Made by a program: the position numbers and the translations under genes. DNA of 60,866 nucleotides, filler included, from Ionaspis alba (Eukaryota), in assembly GCA_964255285.1 (NCBI GenBank). It is 7 parts of 7 records of this genome, joined end to end, with 100 filler letters (N's around TTAATTAATTAA, not from the genome) between each part and the next. Parts side by side here need not be neighbours in the genome. Positions count along the whole stretch, not along the records: positions 8,728 to 17,347 come from CAXUUL010000723.1; positions 17,448 to 26,059 come from CAXUUL010000724.1; 5 more parts are not named here. One strand, given 5' to 3'. Below are positions 11,059 to 23,315 of the stretch, piece after piece; within the stretch, counting starts at the first letter, position 1, and every line of letters starts with the position of its first letter. The notes under the pieces were generated by a model. That model was not told where the DNA came from and did no database searches. It was given only the letters and a program-made list of their open reading frames with translations.

Positions 11059-12136
11059 TGCTGTGTCCGGGGTTGGATGGTATTTCAAGCACGAAGATGA
11101 ATAAGTCTTTGAGAGAATGGTCTACTTGATGTACCGGATGACTCTAGCTCGCCCTATTCCCCTTTTCGATGGTTCTACAGAGGGTAATTGCCATGGCGAT
11201 CATAATTATTGGTCGGCTGAGAATGCTCCAGCCCATCGTAGTGCGATGAGCCTACCGGAACACCTCCCGCCACACTCCGCGCTGAAGACGTCTGCCGTAT
11301 GGCTGCCGACCGACGGCATCCAAGATCTGTGTTCAAGAGAAAATGTGGAGCCAAGGATGCAACATGGGTGGTGAAATATACGCCCACCGTCCATCAACTG
11401 ATCGAGTTTCCTCGCTCGAACTTTCCTGAATTTTCTTTTGCCAATGTTACTTCCCACTGGCCGAGTGATACATCGCAACGGGAGTTCTCTATATCATTCT
11501 GTCCGTGTGATCGCCACGAGCTCGTTCGCATCTGCATTCTTTCGATATTCATTTGCTGCTAGATTCCGATGCTCTGCTCGACGACAATTGTTTCAAATCG
11601 TTGCTGCACAATGTAGCTTGGCGTACCACCAACATGACAGTTTGGACTTCTCTTCTTTCTTCATTGTCATGGCTGCCGATGCCGAATGTCCTTGGCATTG
11701 ATTGCATCATCGTGTGAAAGTGAAGTTTATTCCACCACCCTAAGGAGTAAAATCTTATCCAAGTTCTCGTTCTGCATCAAGCATAGTGGACAGGACATTC
11801 TTGCCGATGACTGCAAGATCAGAGAGTTGCCAATGCCGGTCTGGCGGAAGTGCGTCAGGCTCTACAAATGTGGCGGGTAGAGCACAAGAAGAGCCAGATT
11901 CCTCTAAGTGAATGCTTCAATACATATTTTATTTCTCATTGCGTCTTTGTCCAAGCATTCATAGTCCCTTGATGAATACTATTTTTGAGTATCGGTATTT
12001 CCACCCCTTTAGACCAGAGGAATCAAGATTTCCGTGTGAAGGTTCAAGTCCAGTATCTGACTGTGTGTTTTCAGAAGGCTTTGAGTGAATGCTCATTCAT
12101 GATTTTGATATCTGACTTCACTCCATTCAGAGTACG

Positions 12137-12143
12137 TATATAA
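12137..12143 (+). promoter_or_regulatory. TATA box of the small Q/G-rich protein gene
   Basis: TATATAA followed by a CT-rich tract and a probable 5'UTR intron 12274-12347 (GTCAGC..GCTAAT..AAG). Confidence 0.6.
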
Positions 12144-12425
12144 GGACAAGAAAATCTCTCTCCCTTTATCCTTCCAGCACCGAACTCGCACCAAGCTCGT
12201 ATCATTCCACAAACCCTTCTCTGCAGTACCACTTCCGGAAGCTGTCAAATATCTCCCCGCCGCATTCCTCAAGGTCAGCAGCCGCCTTCTCCGGATGTAC
12301 CTGCCTCAAGCAAAGGCGGTGAAGCAAGCTAATTCGACCCCATCAAGGCAAACCTCCGAAGCCTCCTCTCGAAGAGATCATCAGCCTTTCCAAGCCAGAC
12401 CACCACCACCACTTAGTCCCCAAAT

Positions 12426-12746
12426 ATGTGCAACTGGGAGCGCATCACTTACACCTGCGGGCACGTAGAACACCGGCGAATGTCCTATTGCCACTTCACT
12501 CGTAACGACCCCAGGCACCAACACTTCGGCGTCCATGCCGAAAGGGTCAAAACTCAGGAGACTATCGTTTGCGATAAATGTGCGAATGCGGCTGCTGCGG
12601 CTGCTGCGGCTGCGGCTGCTCAACAAGGAGGCCAGCAACAGGGAGACCAGCAACAGGGAGGCCAGCAACAGGGAGGCCAGCAACAATGGGGGCAGCAACA
12701 GGGAGGCCAGCAACAGGGGGGCCAGCAACAATGGGGGCAGCAATGA
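12426..12746 (+). CDS. Small 106-aa protein: Cys/His putative metal-binding domain, poly-Ala and Q/G-rich repeat tail
   Basis: MCNWERITYTCGH..SYCHFTRNDPRHQHFGV..CDKC resembles a small uncharacterised Pezizomycotina family (from memory); TATA box and UTR intron upstream; repeats are in frame and end at TGA. Confidence 0.75.
   Translation: MCNWERITYTCGHVEHRRMSYCHFTRNDPRHQHFGVHAERVKTQETIVCDKCANAAAAAAAAAAAQQGGQQQGDQQQGGQQQGGQQQWGQQQGGQQQGGQQQWGQQ
12588..12743 (+). repeat. Coding repeats: 11 Ala codons (12588-12620), then a 15-bp minisatellite x8 (12621-12740)
   Basis: Unit CAACAGGGAGGCCAG with variant CAACAATGGGGGCAG, encoding QQGGQ/QQWGQ. Confidence 0.95.
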
Positions 12747-13867
12747 TGAAAGGGAAGAGAAGTGGAGAGACTTCGTTGACGTGTACAAAAGTCTTTGATA
12801 ATCAGTACGGTGGCGAGCATTTTTGGAGTTATGGATTAGATTGGGCTGTGATTTTGGTCATTTGAGTAAGGTTGACGTTACTGTGAGAAGGTTTTGTTTC
12901 GCTTGCTTCTGGAGGGGATATGCGTGCATGAGTCTTTGGCTCTGAGGGAACTATTCACCTCTTTGATTGTGGAATACATCTTGGGAGCACGAAGCAGGGA
13001 ATATGTTACGATGGAAGTTCACGGTTGAGCACGGGGTTTCGGCATAGCTATTTCATTGTTCTTCGATGGCTCTGCAATGGATATGGGCTCCTAATGCCTG
13101 ACAAGAAACCGTTTCACGAAAGTATTAAGCGAATGCCCAACTACTGCAACGCTTTTCCACTCCAATCCACATCTCTTGGCCATCCTCAAGTCTTTTCACA
13201 ACCCCAAGTCCATCAATGCTGCCACCAGCTCGTCCGAAAGGGAAAACACCCAAAGCAATACTCCCCTTCCACGTCTTCACGTCCACATCCCACCATCAAA
13301 TAGAGAAAAAGCAGAAACACAAAGAATGCCCATAATGAGGGCAATTCCCTTGGCTGGAGCTCTTGGGCTTCCATTCCCGCAAGGCGCCAAGCCCAAACGG
13401 CGTCAAGCGCGGCCCAGGCAAATCAAGGCAAAAGCTGCAGGATTCCTATGTGCCTTTCGTGAATGGAAGCGGGAAGGCAACAGAGCGCCCCGTGCCGCTG
13501 CAGTAGGGGAGGGAAGAGAGGTTATTGATCCTACGACACGGGGTCCTGGCTTGAAGACTAGGGTACGTGCAGACGGTCATAGCGGTCGCATGCTCAGGGT
13601 GGGAACGGTGTGTGTACATTGGAGGATAGGGCTGAAGACTCAGAGGGCTGGTGGAGGTGGCCCTGAGTGATATGTGATATTAGAATGACCGCCGGGTATG
13701 ATTGGACATGGATACTGGAAATGCCTGGCTCGTTGGGTCACTGTAAATGCATCTGCAGCGGGGACGTTCCAAGATTCTGCAGCACACAATGCACGTGCTT
13801 GAGTAAAAAGGATTTAGGGTGGTGTGCTGCTTATTGTCCAGTGCGGGTAGGGGGACTACCTCTGCAG

Positions 13868-13967
13868 NNNNNNNNNNNNNNNNNNNNNNNNNNNNNNNNN
13901 NNNNNNNNNNNNNNNNNNNNNNNNNNNNNNNNNNNNNNNNNNNNNNNNNNNNNNNNNNNNNNNNNNN
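13868..13967. other. Scaffold gap (100 N)
   Basis: Plain N run without the linker motif; removes the 3' end of the MAPR gene. Confidence 0.95.
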
Positions 13968-14596
13968 TTGCTGAAGAAAGTCATCCAGTCATCCAATACC
14001 TTTTTCTCCTTGTCGTCCAGATCTTGCCATTCGGGACGGCAGTCTTCGGGCTTGACGGATGACATGGCTAGGGCTCGGGAGGCGTCTTTGCCGGCGAAAA
14101 CTGCATGTTGTTAGTGGGAGAGTAGCAACCAACAGACAGCACGACACGAAAGGGTATAACGCAGGGAAAGCTGCCGGGATAGAAGGCTGGCGGATGGATC
14201 TAGACAATTCTAGATACAATGCTAGACAAAGTACATGTTCATTGTGATGTCTGAGCTGAGCCCGCGGTTGTTTTGAGAGTCAATGACACCGAGAAAATGC
14301 CCATCTCTCACCCTTGTATGGACCACTGGAGGCATTGTATGACTCGTTGCCTGTGACGTCGAAGACAACACCTTTGATGGCTACCAGCGTTGGTTTGGAA
14401 GAGTCTCGGCCTATCCTCGAAGGCCAATATGTCAGGCTGCAGAAGTAGACGGGAAGGTTCTGCAAAGGGTTTATGTCATACCGTCACACTGAGCCAATTC
14501 AGCTACAGTGATTGGATCATCCTTGGGCGGATTGAGGTTAGGAGGATTCTTAGGAGCGAAGTTTCTAGGTTCCTCAACATGTCCTGACGACGCCAT
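13968..14596 (-). CDS. Cytochrome b5-like heme/steroid-binding (MAPR/Dap1-related) small protein, 3' end lost in the gap
   Basis: ATG at 14596; spliced ITVAELAQCDG-RDSSKPTLVAIKGVVFDVT..Y...GPYK-VFAGKDASRALA..W.DL...EKKVLDDWMTFF; second intron 14311-14101. Confidence 0.88.
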
Positions 14597-15116
14597 GTTG
14601 GAGGCTCTTGGGAAGACACAAGGCAGCAGATCTCTGATCAGGCGGTGCGCCTTAGATTTGGTCTTAGGCTTCTGATTGTGCGAGATATCTGGTGTTGATG
14701 TTGTCGATTCCTCGGGTGGAATGTAGGGCTGCGGAGTGATGACCGGATCTCGAAAGGGATTAGCGTCAATGGTGACAGTGGACAGTCTACTGGCCTTGTC
14801 GTCCTCCATCACCATGGAGCAATTTTGTCATAAATGAACAGATTGAGCAAATCTATGCAAGAAGTGGAAGTCGTGAGCAGATTGAGCAAAGCCGATACCA
14901 GCTCATAAAGTGTGAAGAAAGAGCTGTTTCCAATTCTGAGGCAAACATTCCACTCTTAGGGTTATAGTCCATACACAATATCAATTCGCTGCAGACTATT
15001 TCGTGATACGAAGAGTATATGCTATATTGCTCTCCTTCTGTATAAGTCTACCCGATATTTCCATTGACTCTCCACCTCCCAGCGTCCTACTCCCCTGTCA
15101 CAAAGTCTTTCCCTAA

Positions 15117-17347
15117 TTATTTCACTGGCGTTTGGACCATCAGCGTCATCAGTGAGTGAGCTACTTCTGCGGCAGCCAGAACAGTCGTCTCTCCCGGATT
15201 GTCATATATCGGAGCGACCTCTACTACATCCGCTCCGACTATGCAAACACCTTCGAGTCCATCTAGGATAGACAATAGCTCGCGAGTCGACCACCCACCA
15301 ACTTCTGCAGTCCCTGTAGCTACATGGTCACTATTAGTCGAAGTTCCACAAAGTGTGAGAGATGCTAAAGGCCATGTGAGGATCGACGATCTGCATATCC
15401 TGGTACGAATTTCTTGGTGCAGGATGCGAGCGACCACTCTTCTGCCAACAGCCGTCCGCAAGTTTCGAGGCCCAAACTGTTGGGACTCTCGTATCACGGA
15501 AATATTATGGAGATCACTTGCTTGCAAGGGAAGCACTCTGAGGGGGCTCGAATCGTAACAGCTGCATACGAAAAGGCCACAAGACGTGGAATGGAATGCT
15601 TACCAGGTGCGAATGCAGGGTCAAGGACGTCAATGTCGACCGATATGTACACATTAGAAGAGCCAACTCTGTCCTTGAGCTTCTGGACTATGCCTTGTAC
15701 GCCAATGCGGTCGATGTCCCTAGCTCTAACGATCTCGAAGCCACAGCGGAGGTCATTACGAAGATCTCCTTTGGGTCTGACGAGTGGTGCACGAATCCCC
15801 GCATGTATCGACGTGTTACGTATCAAGCCTTCTTCGTGCGCAAGGTGTAAGAACGTGCCTACGAAAGCATTACTCGCGGAACATCATCCGAGCCCCTTTG
15901 CATAAGCTCACCGTGGTTAACACCCCTGTGCAGTATGACACATCAACTCAACAAAGATTCATGGTAAGACTTGGAAAAGCTCGGTTCTGACTCACGCGTA
16001 GTGCGATATGCCACCTCCTGGACGCAGTCAGCATTTAAACCTGGTGTGTAAAGTATAGCGACTGACCCAGCACCTTGGGATCCCATGTATCTGCAACGAT
16101 GTCAGCACTTGCAGCGTCGTAGGAGAGGTACATGATAGCGAATATTCATAGGCACGCCTGAGGAGCCTTTGGAGCCTTTTATGACAGACCAATGTGCGAG
16201 TCAAAGTGGATAACAGAAACGCTACCCCAACGGTCGAAAGTGCCTCTCAGTGCAGCTAGAGTGGTTGTATGGTCCCCACCGAGTGTGATGATGCGGGGAA
16301 CCAACGACTTCGAAGTGGTATTGGCAGTTTTGCCCGAGATTACCTCCGCGAAGCGTCAGATGCAAGGCAGCTTTCGAGCACTGCGGCCAAACCATATACT
16401 CGAGGTCTGTGCTTTATGTCATCCAACGTACTTTATGTGCCTTTTCAAGCTGTTTCAAAGCAATTGTATTGTCAAGGAAGGTCAAGGGTGCATCTCCACA
16501 ATCTACGATCTTTGCCCAGCTCTCGAAAATGTTCTCTCCTATTCTCACTCAGCTTCACGCGCTCTCTTTTTCAATACACGTCTATCTTCTGTAGCACAGA
16601 GCTCACCTGTATACACACTCCAGCCAGCTCGAGCCGCCATCCTTCTTGAGCCTTGTCGGATGCCTCCAGGTCCGAACCGGGCTCCTGGTCTCGCCGTTAC
16701 ACCCTAGTATAGACGTCAGCTTACACGATCATGTCGTGTAATCAACACATCTTATGCTGTTGCAAAAATGCCGACTGGACGAAGGATGAGTGCGTCATGT
16801 AGGGGTTGTCGGCAAGTACACAGCCGCCTAGAGTCACACGAGATAGAGAAACAACATCATAACTTCGACAACAAGGTCACAAGCATCGCAAGCTGAGTCA
16901 AATTTGTTTCAAGACGAAGCTGCAATTCTATTATCCAGGCCCAGGCCATCATGGACAGGACAAGTCTAGCTGAAGGGTCTGGCGACGATGTTTGGCGCAT
17001 GGCAGGCGCATTTGATATTCAAAGGCCATTTGATGCCCATAGAGACATACCATGTCTCGAATAGCGGAAAATTGAATGCGCAGCGCAAGCCATAGCAACG
17101 ATCCAATATTGACTTACCGTGTCGAAAGGTGCTCCCAGAACCGCAATATCATATGTATCACTTTTCTCGTCCAGCCCCTCTGCAAAGCATTCAACGTAGT
17201 CCAAATTGGCAAACGTAGTCAGGCCGGCAAAGCGTGAACCAGTGATAATATCAACATTATCCAAGCCCTTGCCAAGAGGTGTTTGACGGACATCAATGGC
17301 TGTCAGGGGGGGAAATGTGATCTCCCGCGCTAAGACAAATGGAAGGA
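15117..17347 (-). CDS. Agmatinase (arginase/ureohydrolase family), many introns, 5'-truncated at the contig end
   Basis: [82 protein letters not shown]; long introns 17117-16704 and 15603-15320. Confidence 0.92.
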
Positions 17348-17447
17348 NNNNNNNNNNNNNNNNNNNNNNNNNNNNNNNNNNNNNNNNNNNNTTAATTAAT
17401 TAANNNNNNNNNNNNNNNNNNNNNNNNNNNNNNNNNNNNNNNNNNNN
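17348..17447. other. Artificial contig linker
   Basis: N44-TTAATTAATTAA-N44. Confidence 0.98.
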
Positions 17448-18211
17448 GTCCTCAAAATACGGAGCGAGAAGCTCGAACAATGGGTCCGCCATCCTTTGCA
17501 GAGATATGAACCGCTGCTCTTCACAAAAACTGGGGCTCGATACCCTCAGACCAGATTATAGGCCATGCACTGCGTGGGAAACGGCCAGCACGACGGTCTG
17601 GGCACTTCGAGGCAGAAGAAGCGCGATGCCCTACTCTTACAGGATAGCCGCGCGCCTGATCAAGTCACTCCTTGTTTTCATACGATCAGCAGCGCCATTG
17701 TATTTACAGATCACTTTAATGGCCTCAACAAGAATGTAGAGCTCATCGACTGCTACTTATGGTGATCAGAGAATGAAAATATGTTGATCTTGTTCTTGAG
17801 TCGCATGGAGTCACTCCATTAACGAACAAATATGTTCGAAGCACAATTTGTAACGTCGTTGCTCCTCTGGCCTTATCGGGACGTCGAGGCAGTATGGGCG
17901 GCAAAATGCTCATCTTTGGTACAACCCTGCATCAAGATATGCTACGAATGTTTGCTGAGCAGACCTTTCGTTTGACGCGATGCTTCATTTGCATTTCCCC
18001 TCGGCCAAAAGAAGGGGTGCAAGAGTGAATGAGAATGAGCCTTGAATTCATTTTGGTCACATCCTTGCACTCTACTCTCGGTTCATGTACTGTGCCGTGC
18101 CTCCCGATGATCAAATACGTTGCAGCATTGGCCGTTCCTTCTCCTTCAGAGTTGCGTCCTGAATTCTACACACTTCTTCTCGATTCAGTTGTCTTCTCTG
18201 GGCTTCCTACC

Positions 18212-19615
18212 ATGCAGGGACTCAGACGTCTACTTGCAAGTGCGCTCCTTGTCGTTACTGTTACCGCAGCTTCCCTGCCATTGAAAGACTCTTTCACTAT
18301 CCACCAAAGTTTGACCAGGAGAGCCAGACCAAAGGGAACTGACGGCCTTGCTAGAGCCTACGCGCGATACAGAGCCCCTGTATCCGAGGCCTTAGAGCAA
18401 GCCGTTCTTGCACAGCAGGGAACTGTCTCTGCTGTTCCAACGCCTTTCGATGTAGAGTACGTCATCCCGATCACAATTGGAGGGCAGCAATTCAAGATAG
18501 ACCTCGACACTGGATCATCAGACCTGTTAGTTCATGCTGCATCACTATCTCGCTACCTGTGTCATTAATTAATGCAATAGCTGGGTATACGCGACAGCAA
18601 TACCAGTCAGCGAAGGACGCAACAATCACTCTATCTACGATCCAACCAAATCTTCGACTTCCAGGCTACTTTCGGACCTCTCTTACTCGATTACCTACGG
18701 AGACGGCTCGTACTCCGCTGGTCAGGTCTACAGCGACAAAGTCACGGTTGGTGGGGTTTCAGTTGATGCCCAGGTATTTGGTGCAGCCAATAATGTCAGC
18801 AGTGGCTTCACGGTTGATGGTGCCATCGATGGGTTCTTTGGACTGGGTATGGATACCGGGAACCAAAGTAAGCAGTAATGACGCGCAGTCATAGATTCAA
18901 GCTACATTCATTGGGTGTTCATTTCGCTCAACTGACGTCTAAATCATAGTCAAACCAACACCCCAAAAGACCTTCTTCTCTAACGCCCGCGCCAGCCTTG
19001 CTGAACCCCTTTTCACAGCCTACCTCAACCACGCTGGACCCGGCAGCTACGACTTCGGCTTCATTTCTCCAGCAAAACGCTCGACATATATCACTTGGGC
19101 ACCCGCATTGACTACTCCCGGTAAAGCCTGGTGGGGTGTCACAAGCACGGGTTATGCAGTGGCAGCCAACAGAACCCTGACCTCCAGGCTTCTGCACACG
19201 ATTATCGATTCCGGAGACTCGTATCTAATGCTACCGCCCGATATCTGTGACGACTACTACTCTAATGCGCCGACTGCGGTAAACGATCCAGCACTAGGGT
19301 ATGTGTTCCCGTGTAAGGATACGCTACCGGATATCAAGCTCTATATTGGGTCGTACATCGCACACGTCCCGGGATGGCTGCTGAATGGCGGACCAGTAGA
19401 TGGTACTAGTGAGTGTTTCTGTTTGCACCTGGCGTGCTCGCTACTGATTTATGATAGGGTGTTCCAGCTATCTTCAGCCAATTCCCCAACGAGCTGGCAT
19501 CCCAAATGCAGTATTTGGAGACATCTTTCTGAAGACAACGTTCACGATCTTCAAATGGCCGGTAGATGGGAAGCCAGAGCTGGGATTTGTTCCTAAACCA
19601 ATTTCCGGGATTTGA
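18212..19615 (+). CDS. Secreted pepsin-like aspartic protease (A1, aspergillopepsin-like); 4 exons
   Basis: Signal peptide MQGLRRLLASALLVVTVTAA; DLDTGSSDL-WV; flap YGDGS; DGFFGLG; second motif IIDSGDS; YVFPC; FGDIFLK; TGA at 19613-19615. Confidence 0.9.
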
Positions 19616-19862
19616 TGTTACCAAATAGAACAGATTTGGATGGGATTGGGGCGGCCGATCACATGGTCCGGTTGCGAAAGCATCTGGGTCTAATAGATTA
19701 TTCGATGTCAATAGATGAGAAAACCTAGTTAGATGGTTCCGTGCATTCTAAATACTACTCTGCTCACAAGGATAACTGACAGATGGTATTGCTCTTGATA
19801 CGCTCCACGTTTAACTCCTCGCTATGCACGCTGAAGTATTTGAATCAATGGCCAAAATTAAA

Positions 19863-22800
19863 TCACTTTGGCGCTCTCTCAAGTCGTTCCTTCAGATATT
19901 TCATATGTCTCTTCATCAACAGCGCAGCGCCAGAACTCAATCGTGGTCTCTCAGGTACTGTGTCAGGCGTATTACCCGTCACTGTATCCACTGAGTTTGC
20001 CGAAGAGACTCCCTGAGAGTTGCTGCTATCAAGCAGTGTCTGGGAGTCTTCGATAACCCGCTCCAGCAATTTTGGGCCCTCGCCGTCAGAGAGATAAAGC
20101 CAGGCCAAAATTTCGTCGATGCCAGAGACTTTGTGTGACAAGGCGTGCGCTATGAAACCTTTGGACATCACGAGAGCTTTTTCCGAGTAGAGGGCCGAGT
20201 TGATGCGGGATTCTTCGGTGCCGACGAGAGCTTCAAAGCCGGCTTCGTCTATTCATCAAAGAATCAGCTGGTTCTTCTTCCACGGCGTTTCATAAGTGGC
20301 TTCAATGTCCAAGATGGCGCATCAAAGTAGTGAGACTACAGCAACTTACTAAAGTAAGGCTCCTTAACGAGCACCAAAGATTGTATGCTGACCAAAATCT
20401 GCAGCAAACTCGAGCCGTCTGCAGACCATCCCTCGTGCTTTGCGCTTTCAGGCCAAGTGCCCAATAGACTCAGCTACATCAAAGGTATCAGCAAAAGACC
20501 TGTTCTGTTTTTTTTTAAGAGCCTCCGAGAGTAATTGAGCTTACGCAGACTTTACCATCTTCGTAGAGATTTGGGTTTATCCGCCCTACTCCGTTCGTCC
20601 ACGAATGAAACTGTGCTTCGGGAGGCGAGTGTGGAAATCTCGATGAGAAATGCATATCAAATACCATGGGCGCAAATTCATATGGAGTGCCTTGAGGACC
20701 CATGATTAGAATCCGCAGGAGATCCAACCTGTCTGCCCATGTTCGAGCCCAAATTCCATCTGGTAGTGAGTTCTTCAAGATAGAATATTCTTTGCGGATT
20801 CGGCGCATCAGATTTGCAGAAAGATGGACTTCGTCTGCAAGATATTTGTGATCAACAGGCGCTGGCTCCCCGAGAACATCGAACTGGGATGGCATTGTGG
20901 AATATGTGGAGAAAGAAACCTCTGCAGGGTGTAGAATGGTGGGGCTTGCGGTGTCTGCGGCGGGCTTGCCGGTTGCATGCCCATCAATAGGAGGCTTCGC
21001 AAGAGCTTCTTTATCGTCGTCGTCGCCATCGTCATCGTCCTCATCGTCCTCCTCCTCATCATCAGTCGCCCACATTTCATCATTACCATCAACATCCTGA
21101 CGGACGCCTCCTTCATATTCGATTGTCTCTTCAATAACGTTTTCCGAGCCATCAGATTCGTCCTCCGTCCAATCGTCGGAACTGCCACTATCATCATCAT
21201 CCGAAGAAGGGTTTTCGAAGTCACTGTCATCGTCTCCGCCGACTACTGTTAATACTCGTTCCACAGGCACTTTTATATCTACGACCTCGTCAAGCGCTCC
21301 GAGTCGAACTTTCAGTAGACCGTCAAAACCAAGATCAACAATCTCGCCAAACCACCCATAGTCTGTCGTGGAATCTGAGGGGTCCATGACAGGTATAGTG
21401 CTCCCCGTCGAGTTAGAGATTGCCGAGTCCGAGACTCCTTCGTCTTGAGCTCCTTGAGACCCAGAGGAAGCACCATGACTAGCAGCGTTCAGCAGCTCTT
21501 CTGACGACATCTCAAAAGAGCCACCAGATGCTTGGTGCAGAGCCGCAGCAGAATGAAGCGCTAGTAATTGAGAAGAAGGAGCAACCATCACCAGATCTCC
21601 TCTTCGCTTCGTAAGCGCAGGGTAGGTTACAATCTCGTAGTAGGAGACCTCCGTAGTTCTGGAGCCGAGCTTTCCGAGGTATGAACCAGGCAGTAATACA
21701 CTCTGCTGGTCGTCAAAGACTCCAACCTTGGGTTCGATAAACCATCGGACGACAGCTAGACGTTCTTTGGCATTGGCCGATTGGACAACGCCAATCTCTT
21801 TCGGTCGAATAACGTCAGGCTCATCTTCAGAATTTTTACCCGACAGGGTTTCTGAGCCGTTAATGGTCCTCGACTCGTCCTTAAGGGCAACGATCTCGCC
21901 AGGCCAAACCTCGTGATCATCAACGTTAAGATGAGGAACAAGATTTATGGACGGCTCATCGGATATGGAACCATCTTGCCATTGAACAGTGACCACTGTA
22001 TCGGTTTTCTTGACCATGAACACATTCAGGTCGTAGCCCTGGGTCATTGTTCTGGGTATTCTGCGAAAAAGTGGTTGAACTTCCCCAGATCTTGTGTCTT
22101 CTTGGCCTGCATACTTGACAGCAGCTCCTGCCCCATCTTGGAAACGCACAATATCACCAACCGCTATATCTGAGCCTTGTGATGGACCGTATGTTGAATC
22201 TGAACTTAGAGGCGCACGCCCCTTGTCATACACTTTTAAGGCGCCGAAATCACCACGATCCAGCTCGACTGGTGGCGTTATTGGTGCCCGGTCTCTGTTC
22301 GTGCTAAAGACATTGCATGACAACCAATTTACACTCATCAAGTTAGTACTTGTATCAACCACGATTCCTTTTGGAGGAACTGATGGGTCATAGGCTCCAA
22401 GTACCCACTTGCCTCGGCGCAGGTTCCACTTCTTTGTAGTGACTTGCTGCCCGGGATAGCAAAATCCGATCGGAACCATGCCATCACCGGCATCCCCTCC
22501 GTTCTTGAGTTGTTGACGCTCGCTCACTGCGGCCCCAATACTCCTATTGTAGTCTGGTGTTGATAATACTTCCGGTTCCTCAAGCTCATCCGGATTCTCG
22601 ACCACGACGATAGTTCCATTTTCTAGTCGAATGGCAACCTCCTCGTAAGCCTCCCCCACTATTCCGACCCAATCTTTCTCATAGATCACATAATCCCCTT
22701 CCTGGTAATCATCAACGCACCTCAGATCGCTACCTGAAATGCCACGTAACCAGTTCTCCTTTTCTGGATATGGCCATTGATCTTTCAGGAACTCTGGATA

Positions 22801-23315
22801 AATAGGTTGCAGATCGCATTTGACAGAAGTTCTGATCACAGTCCCGCTTTCAGCATCCGATACCTGCATCTTCACCACATCACCGAAACTAAGACCGCGG
22901 TCAATAAGAATCAATTCCGATTCCGAGACAAGACTGCAACCCGAATAGGGAAGTGAAAAGTTCACAAAGACATATCCACGAGGACACTGAGTCAACGTAA
23001 GTGAATGGGAAAAGAGGAGTTAGGAATGCAGAACGGACTCGACCATCTTTAAGAGCCTGTTTCGTCAGACGTTTCGATATGCCAGCGTGGTATATGTAGT
23101 CTTTAGGCAATTCAATCATAATAGAATCAATCTTACTCTGTAGTTAGCACCCAATACAAACGGAATGAGAAACCCTGCATACATCTCGCCATGTTCGCTA
23201 TGATGCGTCAGAGCATAATCACTTCAGTCGCTCGGAACACAACTCTTACATGCACAATGCCCATTATCCAGGGTTCCTCCTTCAAAGCCACGGCATCTTC
23301 AGCGAAGAAACTCAT
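19863..23315 (-). CDS. UBE2O-like E2/E3 hybrid ubiquitin-conjugating enzyme, multi-exon
   Basis: ATG at 23315; long SH3-like N-terminal region and acidic tract; UBC domain [51 protein letters not shown]. Confidence 0.88.

Noticed and set aside
11117..11880. Short ORFs downstream of NOP4
   Set aside because: No motifs or consistent splice structure on either strand.
11969..12060. Possible C/D snoRNA (TTGATGA...CTGA)
   Set aside because: Imperfect C box, non-canonical terminal stem spacing and no recognisable rRNA guide.
12381..12865. Leu-, Cys/Trp- and PATGR-repeat ORFs, and a CRISPR-like reading of the repeat
   Set aside because: Alternative frames of the same 15-bp minisatellite; no spacers; eukaryotic context.
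16925..16945. CCTGGATAATA (minus strand), resembling part of a TPP riboswitch
   Set aside because: Lacks the complementary CCAG and the CUGAGA core; host gene is not thiamine-related.
17448..17765. ORF fragments at the start of contig 3
   Set aside because: No recognisable domain and stops in all frames; cannot support a gene call.
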